From assembly GCF_016433145.1 (NCBI RefSeq), contig NC_058133.1, positions 327,845,335 through 327,909,334 on the forward strand: 64,000 nucleotides of DNA, in the 5' to 3' direction. Positions 1 to 12,509 of the stretch are shown one piece after another (positions within the stretch are counted from its first letter, which is position 1; every line of letters starts with the position of its first letter). The notes under the pieces are model-generated. The model saw nothing but the letters and a program-made list of their open reading frames with translations. It was not told the origin of the DNA and did no database searches. Position numbers and translations under genes: made by a program. The DNA comes from Gracilinanus agilis (lineage: Eukaryota).

Positions 1-70
1 CCCCCATTCCTTCCTTCCCTCCTTCCTTCATCCCTCCCTCCCTATCCCCATTCCTTCCTTCCTTCCTTCC
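1..70. repeat. (CCTT)n-type simple repeat
   Basis: Degenerate cctt/ccct tetramer run at the window start. Confidence 0.9.
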
Positions 71-414
71 TATGGATTACTTATGGACATGATTCCATTC
101 TGAAACAAATGAAATCATTTCCACCATAATCTGATTCACTCTATCTTAGGTGATCTAATGGCTCACCTTATTGCCACTAGCAAACTTAAAATGAGTACAC
201 AATCAGCTTAGCCCATTGTCTGCCTCCTTGGTAGCAGGGATTGAAGGCATGTTTTACCACACCTAGCTTTTACCACAGTTTCTACAGAATTGATTTTACC
301 AAGCTCATACCCAAAAGTAGCCTAGCTGCTAGATGAGTTTGAGTCTCATCTACCACTGGACTGAATCCCAAAAATTTTTCCTTAGGGCCACAAAACACGG
401 CATGAACTACATAC

Positions 415-488
415 CTACATCTCCTAGTAATTTGTTTTGCTGATCTTTCAAGGCTCACTAGGTCATAGCCATCTCCACTCTTTTTCAT
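415..488 (-). other. Candidate 74-bp internal exon of an unidentified minus-strand transcript
   Basis: Minus strand reads tttttatctttcttcttttag|ATGAAAAAG...GGAGATGTAG|gtatgt. Phase-0 frame is open (MKKSGDGYDLVSLERSAKQITRRC); the other two frames contain stops. No protein recognised. Confidence 0.3.
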
Positions 489-834
489 CTAAAAGAAGAA
501 AGATAAAAATGTAAAGAGGCCATGATAAGAGGCCTATACTCATAAGACACATGTTGGCCACAGACTTGGAGGGCCAAACGTCCTTTCCCTTTTAATCATT
601 GTCTCTCTCATGGAATGTGGCTAGGCTCTGGTTGACTAATCCCTTTTGAATGTTCTGCAGTTCCAGCTACACAGGCAATGAAAAAGATTTAGTTTCACCA
701 TGTACTTAGTGGATCAGAACCAGTTACAGAATGACTGTGAATGCTCCAAGTCTTTACTCATAAGAACTTATTGGTCAGTATCCCTATTATATAAATAATA
801 ATAATAATAATAATAATTTATACTAAATTTATAA

Positions 835-970
835 TCACTTTCTTTTTTCTTAATTAATTAAGAATATTTTTCCATGGTTACATGATTCATGGTTTTTCCC
901 ACCCCTCTTCCCTTTCCCCTACCAGAGCTGACAAGCAATTCCACTGGGTTATACATGTATCATACAATAA
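835..970 (-). mobile_element. L1 LINE 3' end fragment (marsupial L1)
   Basis: T-rich tail followed by ttttccatggttacatgattcatg...caattccactgggttatacatgta, the typical marsupial L1 3'UTR in antisense. Confidence 0.85.
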
Positions 971-1345
971 CCTCCTTGACAAAACCCTGAGAAACTGAGA
1001 ATTGGGGATTTTATTTTGTTTTTGTTTAAAGGGAAATTGTGATGGGGAAGAAAAGGTTGGCAAGGTAAAGTGCTAGGCACTGAGCTAAATACTTTACAGA
1101 TTTTATCTCATTTGATACTTTTGACAATGAGATTCTTATCTCACTTGACAATAACCCTTTGAGTTTGATGCTATTATTATTCCCAATTCTCAGTTGAGGA
1201 AACTGAGGCAGACAAAAGTAAAATTATTTCCTCAGGTCATACAACTAATAAGTATCTGAATCTGGATTTGTACTCAGTTCTTTCTCATACCTGATCTAGG
1301 GCTCTACCCACTTAGCTTATAGTTTTTCCTCAAGATGAATTTATG

Positions 1346-1600
1346 AGCAGCTAAATGGTCCAGTGGATAGAGTATTGAGCCTAGAGACTTGAGCTCAAAT
1401 CTACCTTCAGACACTTACTAGCTGTGTGACCCTGGGCAAGTCACTGAACTTATTTGTGGCTCAATTCCCTCATCTGTAAGATGAGTATAAGAATAACAGC
1501 TGCCTCAAAGGGTTGCAAATCACTCCAGCGTCTTTGCCAAGAAAACCCCAAAATGGGGTCATAAAGAGTTAGACACCACTGAAATGACTAAGTAATAAAA
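1346..1600 (+). mobile_element. MAR1-type CORE-SINE
   Basis: gcagctaaatggtccagtggatagag head, CORE ctagctgtgtgaccctgggcaagtcact, tail tttgccaagaaaaccccaaaatggggtc. Confidence 0.85.
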
Positions 1601-2136
1601 ACAAAGAGTTGTGAAGATAAAATCTGATATAATAAAGTGCTCTGCAAACTTTAAAGTACTATATAAACATAAACCATTATTATTTATCAAAGAAAATAAG
1701 CAGACACTTTTTACGTGGGTAAAACAGGAAAATGAGTTGGCTAATCTAGGCTCTGACGATAGCATGAGATTCTCAGAGAAAGTGGCTAAATTAATGGGGG
1801 GGGGCACAGTGTAGTGTAAAGAGAACTGTATCTTGAGTCAGAACCTCTGAAATGACCCTGTGTGATCTGGGACCAGTCATCAGTGACTCAGTTTCTTATC
1901 TAAAAAAAAAAAGAAGAGGGTGGACTACATGGCCTTAGAGATCCCTTCTAGCTCAAATCTATGAACCTATGACCTAGATTCAGGCTTCATTTGGCTCATG
2001 AGCCATGCAAAAGCAGGTGATGGGCAGCATTCTGTCACACTGGCATAGTTTGCTGAGCCTGATGGAAATTAGTTGAGTTAGAGGGGACCGGCTCCAGCAG
2101 TGGTGTTCCCTGGTTTGTCCTCTAGACTACCTCAAT

Positions 2137-2772
2137 TGTATCCTGTAAAGTCAGTAACATGCTAACCATTCACAACTGAAACAACTGAGAGAAACAAAAT
2201 ATCTAACAGGTGGAAAAAAACACATAATCTCAGGAGAATTCCATCCTGATTGAGGACTGGCCAAAGCAGGAGGGGTAAGTAAGGTTCCCCACCACCTGCT
2301 CCGAGTATTGTCTTTCCTGACAAGGAATTCTGTTTAGCATGGGAATGCATGCTCAGGGGAACAGGGTAATGCTGTCACTGAACCACAAGACAGAGACAAG
2401 CCATTGTATTCTCTCTTAGTTTCCTCCTTTCTTGAAAATGAGGAAGCTGGTCTTGATTCAATTTAATAAACCTGTTTGGAGAAGGCACCATGAAGATGCC
2501 TGAAGAACCTACACTGGATCATGAAGATCCAAAATGAACTTTGGGGTGCAGTTGATTGAACTATGGGGAATTGAATGCATTTGTTTTGAATGTACACTTT
2601 TATACCAAAGGGGACTGCCCCTATTTGGCTTTTTGTCAATGAGGCTAGCAATCATTGGTTCATTGTTTCTGTCTTCTCTTCTTTTATCCCCAAATTTCTG
2701 TAATTTATAAGTTAGTTATGTTTACAAGAGCTTTTGGGGAGACTGGTCTCCCTCATGCTCTTCAGGGGAGAA
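2137..2772 (+). mobile_element. LTR-like and ERV internal 3' relic ending in a polypurine tract
   Basis: Starts tgtatcc; AATAAA near 2465; ends with purine tract aggggagaa (2764-2772) directly before a TG-starting LTR. No intact ORF. Confidence 0.55.
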
Positions 2773-3107
2773 TGTGATATTGGAAATTTGGGGATCCTTG
2801 AACTGATCTTGAGATCTCTGGTCTAATCTTCCTGTGGACATTTAGATCTCTTACAAACTACATTTCCCATGATTCAACGGGCTTCCTGTCTTATGTAGTG
2901 ATGTAAACCAACGTAAAGAGAAGCTTAAATAGGGAGATTGGGATTGGTACTTCCTCTTTCCTGCTGAACAAGCCAGGTGGGCAGAGGTAATGGCATGCAG
3001 TATTTGAATTAGCTCTTATAAAGCACATGGCTCAATTACCAATATGGTTTTCAGTAAAACCCTAATATCTTTAAATATATCCTTCTATATCAATTTTATT
3101 TGTTACA
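2773..3107 (+). mobile_element. ERV 3' LTR
   Basis: TG start right after the polypurine tract (tgtgatattgg), TATA-like cttaaatag, agtaaa poly(A)-like signal, ends ...tttgttaca. Confidence 0.7.
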
Positions 3108-3699
3108 CAAGCCACCAAGAGAAAGAAAGTTCCCCTCAGTCAAAGCTTGTTTTGTTTTTATCTTTGTTTCTGGAGGGTCTTACACATAGTTGGTGCTTAA
3201 TAAATATATGTTGAATGAATGAATGACAGGTAGATATTTTAAAGTAGTAACCAATAACCTTTGAGCTTCCCTTTAAGAGACTACCAAATCATTCCTGATG
3301 GGTTTCCACCACAGCTCATCTGTGTGTAGCTTATCTTTGGCTTTGATTAGATTCTGAGCCCTGCCTAATTTGCAAGGTTTTAGGTATTTAGGCAGATGGC
3401 TCAAAATTTAACTTTTCTGGGAAATATATGGGAACTAATGAAGCAAATATATTCAAAAATGGGGATAAAAAATTTCCCTACCTCCCAAGTTTGTTATGCG
3501 AACAAATGAAATATTTGCAAAGTGCTTTTCTAACCTTAAAGTGCTATAAAAAATTAATTATCATTACTAAAATGAGAAGTTCATTGTGTCTCTACACTGA
3601 TATGTATATATTCATATCTATATATATAACTATCTATGTCTATCTATGAAATATATATATATGTATTTATACATATATTTATTTATTTATAACCAACTT

Positions 3700-3940
3700 G
3701 GGCAACAAGGTGGCATAGAGGGGCAGAATGCCAGGACTGGAGACACAATGATTTCCCTTCCTGAGTCCAAATCTGGCCTCAGACACTTATTAACTTATAT
3801 GATCCTGAACACGCCCCTTAATTCTATTTGCCTCAGTTTCCTTCTGTAAAATTAGCTAGAAAAAAATGGCAAACTACTCTAGTATCTGCAAAAAAAATCA
3901 CAAATGGGGTCACAAAGAGTTAGACATGACTGAACAACAA
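3700..3940 (+). mobile_element. MAR1-type CORE-SINE
   Basis: gggcaacaaggtggcatagag head, CORE region, tail aaatggggtcacaaagagttagacatgactgaacaac. Confidence 0.8.
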
Positions 3941-4044
3941 ATGTAACCTATACATTTACTTAGTTGTTAACTTATTGAATCCTTCTAAAATAATATAAAT
4001 TTCTTTAGGGGAGGAACTACCTTAATTTTGGTTTCTTTTTTTGT

Positions 4045-4256
4045 TGTTTTTTTTAACTCTTATTTTCTATCTTAGAATCAATACTGTGAATTGGTTCCAA
4101 GGTAAAAGAGCGATAATAAGGGCTAGGCAATGGGGGGGGGGGGGTTAAGTGATTTGCCCAGAGTCACACAGCTAGGAAGTATCTGAGTCCAAATTTGAAC
4201 CCAGGACCTCCTCACTCCAGACCTAGCTCTCAATCGTTGAGTCACCTAGCTGACCT
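4045..4256 (-). mobile_element. SINE1_Mdo-like tRNA-derived SINE
   Basis: cttagaatcaatactgtgaattggttccaagg...aagtgatttgcccagagtcacacagctagg...tttgaacccaggacctcc. Confidence 0.85.
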
Positions 4257-5329
4257 CTCAATTTTGGTTTCTTAACCTCAGTGCCTTACCCATAGTAGAT
4301 GCTTAATGAAGTGCTTACTGCTTGAATGATTTCTATATCTCCTCCAAGCAACATATGAAATGAATACCAATATTCTTACAAATAGCAAAATTCTACATTG
4401 GACAAAAGCCTGGGCACAATTCTTGGTTTATAGGAAGGCATGAGAATACCTTGTAAAAAATAATTGTTAAAAGCACTTTACAAAATATAATTGCCATACC
4501 ATTGTTAAATAATGACAACAGCAGCTCTTCGGGGACTGGTAAAAATCAAACCCTGTTGGAAGAAGAACTATAAAGAAAAAGAAAGAAAACAGAGTGGATA
4601 GAAAGACCTCATAAATTTAAGAGGGGTCAAAAAAGGTACCATTGAGAGTGATAAAAGGAAGAGGCTGACCAAGAACTTTAAGCCTAACACTAGTCCCTGG
4701 AAGCAAATAACTCATTTTGAATTTAAGAGGATTTAAATCCAAGGGTAGGCTTCAAAGGCCCATCTCTTAAATGTTTATTGAGAGGCTTTCCACACATAGA
4801 AGAAAATGTAAGAGAAAATGATGCAAATGGTATTCTCCTCTTTTACAGGCCTCACATACAAGAACAGAAAGATTGTTTTTTAGAGGAACATAAGAAAGGG
4901 TAACATGGATTCTTTATTTATTCTATAGAGCTAATAAGCAGTCACAGCATAGTGGAAAATATGAAATGTGGAAAACAAGGGCAAAGTTCTTTCCCTCCTC
5001 TGAGGCGAAAGACCACTTTGCTTAGAATCTGTCTTTGTACAGATATGCATTTACACAGAGAAAACTTGATTCACAAGGGGCTTCATTGTAGTTCTTATCA
5101 CTTTCTCCAGACTATTTCATTATAAATCAGCTCATAAAATGCACATAGCACCAGTCACTAGGCAGAGACTAAAATCAAAACATATAACAATATAATAATG
5201 AAAAACGAAGTCTGGACTCACAAAAATTGCAAAAAAGACAGGTCTCGCTCTTAATTACTGACTTTTCAATGGACTACTTCAGTACCTTGTGAAACTGCAG
5301 TAATAAAGGCTCATGCGTATTGGTTTTTG

Positions 5330-5520
5330 TTTGTTTTAAACCTTCACCTTCTGTCTTAGAATCAATACCAAGCATTGGTTCCAAGACAGAACAATATTAA
5401 GGGCTAGGCAATTGAGGTTAAGTAACTTGCTCAGTTACTAGAAAGTGGCTGAGGACAGATTAGAACCCAAGACCTCTCATCTTCAGGTCGGGTGCTTTAT
5501 CCAATCAGCCACCTACCCAC
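5330..5520 (-). mobile_element. SINE1_Mdo-like SINE (older copy)
   Basis: Same diagnostic blocks as 4045-4256, more diverged. Confidence 0.8.
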
Positions 5521-5589
5521 CCAGATTGTGTATATAATTAATTATTTCTGGACAGTATGGCATAGGTCTGACCATATGATACTGTCCCC

Positions 5590-5880
5590 TCCCTGAATAT
5601 ACTCTAGTAATTTCCTATTAATTCTAGGATCAAATACCAACTTCTCCATTTGGCATTTAAAATTGTTTATAATTTGGCCCCTTCCTAACTCTTGCATATA
5701 ATTCCCCTTCCTTCATTCTTTGTACTAATCATACTGGCTTACTTGCTGTTCCATTTCCAATCTTAGTGCCCTTATACTGGCTATGCCCCATATCTTGGAA
5801 TGCCTTTCCTGTACTTTGGAATGTGTTCTCTCCTCATTTCCAGCTTTGGAAATCTTTAATTTCTTTTAGAATGAAGTTCA
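5590..5880 (+). mobile_element. L2 LINE 3' fragment
   Basis: ggatcaaataccaacttctccatttggcattt...ggaatgcctttcct, pyrimidine-rich L2 3' region. Confidence 0.65.
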
Positions 5881-6594
5881 AGTGAAATGTGCCAGTCAAT
5901 CAAATAGTCAATAGGCATCTACACCACCTATGTGCCAGGCACTGTACTAACTGTGCTAAGGTCCTCCCAACTCTAGGAGAGGAATTCTATCCACAGAGAC
6001 ACCTAGCTGTCTCCCTTAACTAATGTTTTATTGATTGAATGATTACTTTATAGCCATGTTAAAACTTAAAATATCACTATTTAGTTCAAAAGATAGCAAG
6101 ATAAGTCCAGTTTTGTTCCTGATAGCCTGTGTGATCCTAAGCAACTCTCTTAACTTCCCTGAGTTTCCTCTTCTTTTTCTGTAAAATGAGAGGGATTGGT
6201 TAGATGACCTTCCCCTTTTTAAAGCTATAATCCTATGATGCTATGACCCTAAGGACAAAATATTTTGTTTCTCTCTCTTTCACTGAAATATTCTTTCCAT
6301 TTTTCCATACCTCATCCACACAGCTGTGTTATGAGTCCCCCCACTCCCTAAACAAAAGTCCCATCACTAGGACGGTCCCTGGAGAATCAGCTTGAGAAAA
6401 TGTGGAAATGAGGCATTTCACTTTCCCCACATAAGATCAACCTGGCCTTTGTGTCTCCTGGAGCCATGGATGATCTCATTTCATTGTCAATGCTCATCAG
6501 ATGAAGTGGACAATTGCTGCCTGCAGACTCATGTATGTATGTTGTAAAAAAGATAAAATGATAGAAAGAAAAGATAGGGAGGCAGGAAGGAGGG

Positions 6595-6742
6595 AGAAAG
6601 CCGGAGATAGAGACAGAGTGAGACAGAGACAAAGACAGAGACAAAGAGACAGAGAGACTGAGATAGATGATCAATAGATGTTGACAGATGATAGGTAAAT
6701 AGAGATGTACATAGAGAAAAGTAGACTAAAAAACAGGTAGAC

Positions 6743-6797
<55 letters not shown>
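6595..6797. repeat. GA-rich low complexity plus (ATAG)n microsatellite
   Basis: gagaca-type repeats followed by a pure atag run at about 6745-6797. Confidence 0.95.
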
Positions 6798-6798
<1 letters not shown>

Positions 6799-7389
6799 AA
6801 AAGAGATGGAAAAAGAGAAGAGAATAAAAAGAAAGAAATTCCCTCCTACACAGCCTCCCCTGAAGAAAACATCTGCCTGACTGTTTTAAACTAGGAATGT
6901 GACCTGTTAATATAATCCAAACATGGGAACAGGAAAGAGTTCATAGGGCTGGTAAGAGATGGAAAAAAGACTAATTTCTGAACTTTGAGGGAATGCTATT
7001 GTTTTAATAGCACAAGATGTTAAGGCTGAATGCTATATTACTCAGTATGGTGCAGGATGGAGGAGGAGGAAATTTGTTTTAGTAGTTTTCAGGTAAAGCC
7101 ATTAAAGGTATGAGGTTAAAGCCTATGGACATCTATCTACTGAAAAATTATCAAGTTAAAATAGGTTCAAATGTAGTCACCCTAAGGACATGCTAGAGAT
7201 CTAGTTAGAACCTTAATATCTTTAACCAGAAAGAAAAATCTATATGAACTTTAGACCTCCAATAATCTTACCCAATTTCATCATACTTATTTTTAAAGTA
7301 ATTGCATTTAGAAGTAGAACTTTATAGAATTATAAGCTCTAAAGTCTATGTTCTAGTTTCATTTCTGTCACTAGTAACAATGTCTTGCA

Positions 7390-7600
7390 TGCATTTACAA
7401 TTTACAAAGTGCTTTTACAGATATCACATTTTATCCTAAAACAATCTTATGAGGCAGATGGGCAGGTATTATTGTTATTGTCTCCTCCTAATTTATAGTG
7501 GAGAAAATTGTGTTTCAGAGAGGTTCATTGAATTCCCCCAAGTTCACACAGCTAGTAACTGGCAGAGAAGACCTCAATCTAGGTCTTCTGACTTCTAATC
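7390..7600 (-). mobile_element. MIR SINE
   Basis: ttacaaagtgcttttacagatatc...caagttcacacagctagtaactggcagag...ggtcttctgacttc. Confidence 0.75.
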
Positions 7601-8120
7601 CAAATCGCTAACTAGTTTGAGTTGGGTAAAGTTAATTCCACTCTCACCCCTAGCTAGTGGGTCTAACTTAGATGATTTTTAAAATTCCTTCCAGCTCTAA
7701 GCTCTAACATTCTTTGGTTCTATCGCTTAGAAGAAAACTCAAGAGGTCCTCTCTCTAAAGATACAATCTCTTGCTCCAAAATAGGCTATAATTTTGTCAT
7801 ATGAAGACAGATGATCATCATGCATCCCAGACCTAAAGATGAGTGAAGGAAGTCTACAATGTCAATTGATAATGAATTCTATCTTTTAGTTATCTATGAA
7901 TTGTCTTTTTTAAGATGATTATTTTTCACCATGGAAGAACAGTAAACTTACTTACTTGATGGATAAAATAGATGCAGCATATAAAATATTTCTGAGAGAA
8001 AGCTGTAGATGTTGGTTTCCATGGTTTCTTTCAAGATCAGCGTTTAAGTCCTATCCACTGCAGGAAATATTTCCTAGTTCTCCCAGCTACTTATACCTCC
8101 CCAGATTATATTTTGTCTCT

Positions 8121-8151
<31 letters not shown>

Positions 8152-8322
8152 TAGATATATACACATAAACGCATGTACACATTTATACGTATACATATGT
8201 ATAATCTCTCAGATTATCTTCTTTCTAAATATAGGAAACCATCTATCTAAAGAAAGAGAGGAGAAAGTATATGTACAGAGATAGAGAGAAACACATAGTT
8301 TTGCATATACAAATATTCATGT

Positions 8323-8452
8323 NNNNNNNNNNNNNNNNNNNNNNNNNNNNNNNNNNNNNNNNNNNNNNNNNNNNNNNNNNNNNNNNNNNNNNNNNNNNNN
8401 NNNNNNNNNNNNNNNNNNNNNNNNNNNNNNNNNNNNNNNNNNNNNNNNNNNN
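8323..8452. other. Assembly gap (N run)
   Basis: 130 consecutive N. Confidence 0.99.
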
Positions 8453-10569
8453 AATTGGCGCTTCTTGAGGGCAGGGACTATTTTTTTACTTTCTTTGTTT
8501 CTCTAGTGCTAAGCACAAACTGCCTGAGTATTAAGAAATGGAGAAACCGAGAGTCAGTACAAAGTTTTTGAGCACATGAATTCCAAAGCAATAAGTAAAA
8601 TGTAAAAACTTGGGGCTCAAATTTGACTGGGCACTTTAGGCTGCCTTTAAGGTAGAGGAATAGTTTGTGTGCAAGAGTTCTATTCAAGTAATATAAAGTT
8701 CTTCATAAATCTAAGCAATAATTATCACTTTTATTATTACAAGGACACCACCAGAGGGTGCTGTGAGAATTAAGCCAAGCTGCCCATTTCACTCAGATAG
8801 GACCTTCAGGAAGGTAGGTTGCTAATTGCCTAAGAGCCCTGAAACTTGCACTGGCCTCCCAGCATCCTAACCTATCTCTAATGGAGTATCAAATTTCTAG
8901 GTGGATCTGAGGGTGGGGATTGGGAGGGTTCCCTCTATTTAGAAACTGGCCTTTTTTTCCCAATCTCTTATATGTGTTTCATTAAAAAGACTTTATCAAG
9001 GTCATTACTTTAGAAATAGTTTAATCAGACTGCTTTAAAAAAAAAAAAGAATGACTATTAATATCAAAATACCTACTATACACGACCCAGATGGCTACCT
9101 CCATTCAATCCCAGCTTCAATCCTCTAAGCATACATAGAGGAAGGCAACAGGCCAAAAGTTCAGTTTTCTATAGCACTCAGCTGGGAGCTGAGCAAGTTA
9201 TTTTACTTACAAATGGGTGTGGCCATTCAGATTGTGCTGATGAATGCAGGATCCAAAGAGTGCTTCTGTGATTTTTCCCAAGTGCCACATAAACTGGTAT
9301 TGGTGAAGAGGCAGCCAAAATCAATTTCACCTTATTCTGGCTCAACATCTTCTTCTCCCTAAAATGAGATCACATTCTGTCATCTATTTATACTTCTGTT
9401 CCTTGCGAACTGGAACAAAGTCTGCTGAGTTTCTCCAAAGGGAAATAGAATTTCCTTGCTAACAAAGTCCTTCCAAAGGCAAATGGCTTGTGAGGGACTA
9501 GCTGGCAGGCTTATGTTCAATTGCTGTTGGTGTAATAGATAAGGTACTAATTTTGGTGTTGAGAAAACCTGGGTTCAAAACAGACTCAGATACTTATTAG
9601 TTGTGTGACCTTGGGCAAGTCATTTAACTGCTCTTTTCAATTTTCTCACATGTAATATGAGGAAATTGGATTCTAGCTCTAAATACATGATTCTGTGATC
9701 CCCTCATTCTCAGCATTTTCTTTCACATCACCATCTTCATTCTCTCCCAAATGAAGTGAGCTCTAATTGTTGGTGTGATAATCACTTAAGTTATATAATG
9801 ATGTGTGCCCATTACAGCAGCATCATTAACAAAAATTTATATTTTACCTCATAGACATCACAAGTATATTCTACTCATTCTATAGCTGGGGAAAAACCAT
9901 TTTCTACAGCATAAACATGGTCTGCAGAAAAAAAAATAGGAGCAATTATAAATAACAATTCAAAGAATAAAAAGGAAAAATAGAAATACAAAGCTGAAGA
10001 GGAGACTTTTAAACATCCAATCAGAATGACAGAAACAAGATTAAAAGGCCTATTGCCTTTCCAAGGCAACATCTGACAGAGAACCAAATGCTATTACCCA
10101 CTTTTGCCATTAATGTGGTTGTGAAAGCAGGAGGGTCATGATCAACAATGTCTAACCCTTTCAGTAAGAAAGCACAAGGGATATGCTACTAGTCAAGCAT
10201 TCACCCCACCTGCCAAGTGGACCACCTAAAACCAGTATGAGCCCAGCTGTTTGCCTTAGGCGTTCTGAGTGCTAGCTGCCACTCTTCCCTTGGTTCTGTT
10301 CCCTTTGGGGGTAGTGTCCCAGAGTCTTAAACTGGTCTCCGTTTTGGCAAGGAGATTATCCAATCATATCAATATTTTGAGATCCTATTAGACTCTTTCA
10401 TCTCAACCTCTATTTGCTTCCCTTAAAATTTTCCATAGGCATAATATATGTTAATTCACACGCACATATAACACACACATAATACATACATATTTACACA
10501 CATGCCCATGTTATACATACAAACCTATATTATACAGATACACATTATAGCCACGCATATATTATACAA

Positions 10570-10930
10570 AGCCATCTAGCTTTCCTACTTTGGAAATCAG
10601 AAAAAGCTATGTCAGAGCTTGTTATTTTGTTTGTTTGTTTGTTTGTTTTAAACCCTTAACTTCTGTGTATTGCTCCTAGGTGGAAGAGTGGTAAGGGTGG
10701 GCAATGGGAGTCAAGTGACTTGCCCAGGGTCACACAGCTGGGAAGTGTCTCAGGCTGGATTTGAACCCAGGACCTCCCGTCTCTAGGCCTGGCTCTCAAT
10801 CCACTGAGCTACCCAGCTGCCCCTGTTATATTGTTTTGCTGGTAAGTAGACTTAAGAAATTGATGGAGAAAATGTTAATAATGTAGATCAATCTTAAAAG
10901 TGAAACAAGAGTGTATTTCCCCCCTTAAAT
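10570..10930. mobile_element. MER63-type hAT DNA transposon relic, split by a SINE
   Basis: cagagcttg...tagacttaagaaattgatggagaaaatgttaataatgtagat matches the second copy at 18250-18330. Confidence 0.55.
10625..10823 (-). mobile_element. Young SINE1_Mdo-type SINE
   Basis: Near-consensus antisense copy ending ccactgagctacccagctgcccc, with a (GTTT)n tail. Confidence 0.95.
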
Positions 10931-12509
10931 ATCATTGAGATAGTTTTGCTTGGTTGAGTTTGTCTCTAACCCTTTCCTATACATTTTTTTGTTGTTTATG
11001 AGCTATTCATAATTTTTCACCAACCTTCAACATAAATAAAATATTTTAGACACATTTATATTCTAAATCAGTGCTGCCCTTAACATCTTTTGCTCCCATT
11101 TTCCCCCTCTTTTACTAAGATAGACTTTAGCTTCATTTGGTGTCATCATTATGGCAATGATTTACTTGAATTAAATTTCTGTCAGCAATTGTCATAATCA
11201 GTGTTGCTGTCATATCTTCTATTCAGTTTTTGTTTTTCACTATCAAACCTTTGTTTAAATATGTTCATTTGAGGTAGTTTTAATGGCATACCACAGTTTT
11301 TCTGCATTTCTTTCTTCTAATTTGATATTAATTTTCATCCAAAGAATGGGTCAGTCATCTAAATATATAAAAAATTCTGATTTAGGAAATACTCCTACAC
11401 ATGTAATGAAGCATTTCCTATCTGTAAAATGAAGTCAGTTCCAGCTTTTTTTGATATTCTATGGTTCTAGTCTAGAATATCCTGTTTCCCATGGTTCTAG
11501 TCTAGAAGAAAACTTTTGAGATATGTAAGCATGACACATTGGGGCAATTTATAATTCCTTCTCTCCTTAATACTGAAATATTTTCTACACTCTTTTTTGG
11601 CATCATTACCTTTGTACCATTACTCTTAAGATAGAAGTTGATTTAATATCTGTTGATTTAATTTGAAAGTGCTTGTCAAATTCTTCAGGGAATTTCTTTA
11701 TATCTTCAGTCACCACAAAAGATATTAGCATGTAAGCTATAGTTATTTCCATAGCAATCCTTTAGTAAATTTTAACCACAAGCACTTTAATTCAAGATGA
11801 CTAACTATAACTGTCCTGTGAAATTATGTATTTTGGTGTCATTAGATACATATTTACAAACTCCACTGAATTCTTTATTAACTTTTCCAAGGAAAAGATT
11901 GTCATCTTCTCGTTTATCAGTCCTCTTATAAGAGTCTTAGCTTCATTTATAGGGAGTTTATCAAGATTTATATGATTCCAGTGGAATGATTACTTATTGG
12001 GCTTTGGAGTAGGAGCTCATATTTAGAGAATCAATAACTAAATCAATGTTTTTAGTTGACCTAAAAGCTTGGTAATTCTTACCACTTTCGGCTACCTTTT
12101 CCCATCATTCTTTCACTGCCACTAGAAAAGCAAAAAGAGGCGGCATAAGATTGGGGTCCATTTTGTATTTTTCAATATTTTATGAGTTAATGGGACCAAA
12201 GAATTCGTCATTAAATTGTCAGCCTGCTAGTGAGGAGCTTCTCTATACCTTGGACTAATGGGAAGAGAAGCATGATCTGCTGACAGATTTCTATCCTGTT
12301 TTCCAGCAGATTGTAACCTGCCAGAGTTTGTGCTCCACTGACTGAGGATTGCTTCAAGAACCCAGGATTACATCTATGCTTCGGAAAAGATCTGAACAGA
12401 ATACACTGTGGGGAAATTCATATTAAAGTAATTAAAAAAATGAAGAAACATCTGGAATGGGCATCTTCTTCAGACAAATATGAAAAAAGGAGAATGCAAT
12501 CTTTTTAAC

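Noticed and set aside
4849-4899. 51-bp + exon candidate (PHIQEQKDCFLEEHKK)
   Set aside because: Good acceptor but a weak gtaaca donor and no recognisable peptide; expected by chance in 64 kb.
6387-6744. SLSLS / poly-Tyr / YIYI ORFs (also 23446, 23772, 29296, 46966)
   Set aside because: Translations of microsatellites.
11461-11507. 17-bp direct repeat atggttctagtctagaa (11461-11477 and 11491-11507)
   Set aside because: Lies at the end of a MIR-like tail; most simply a local slippage duplication.
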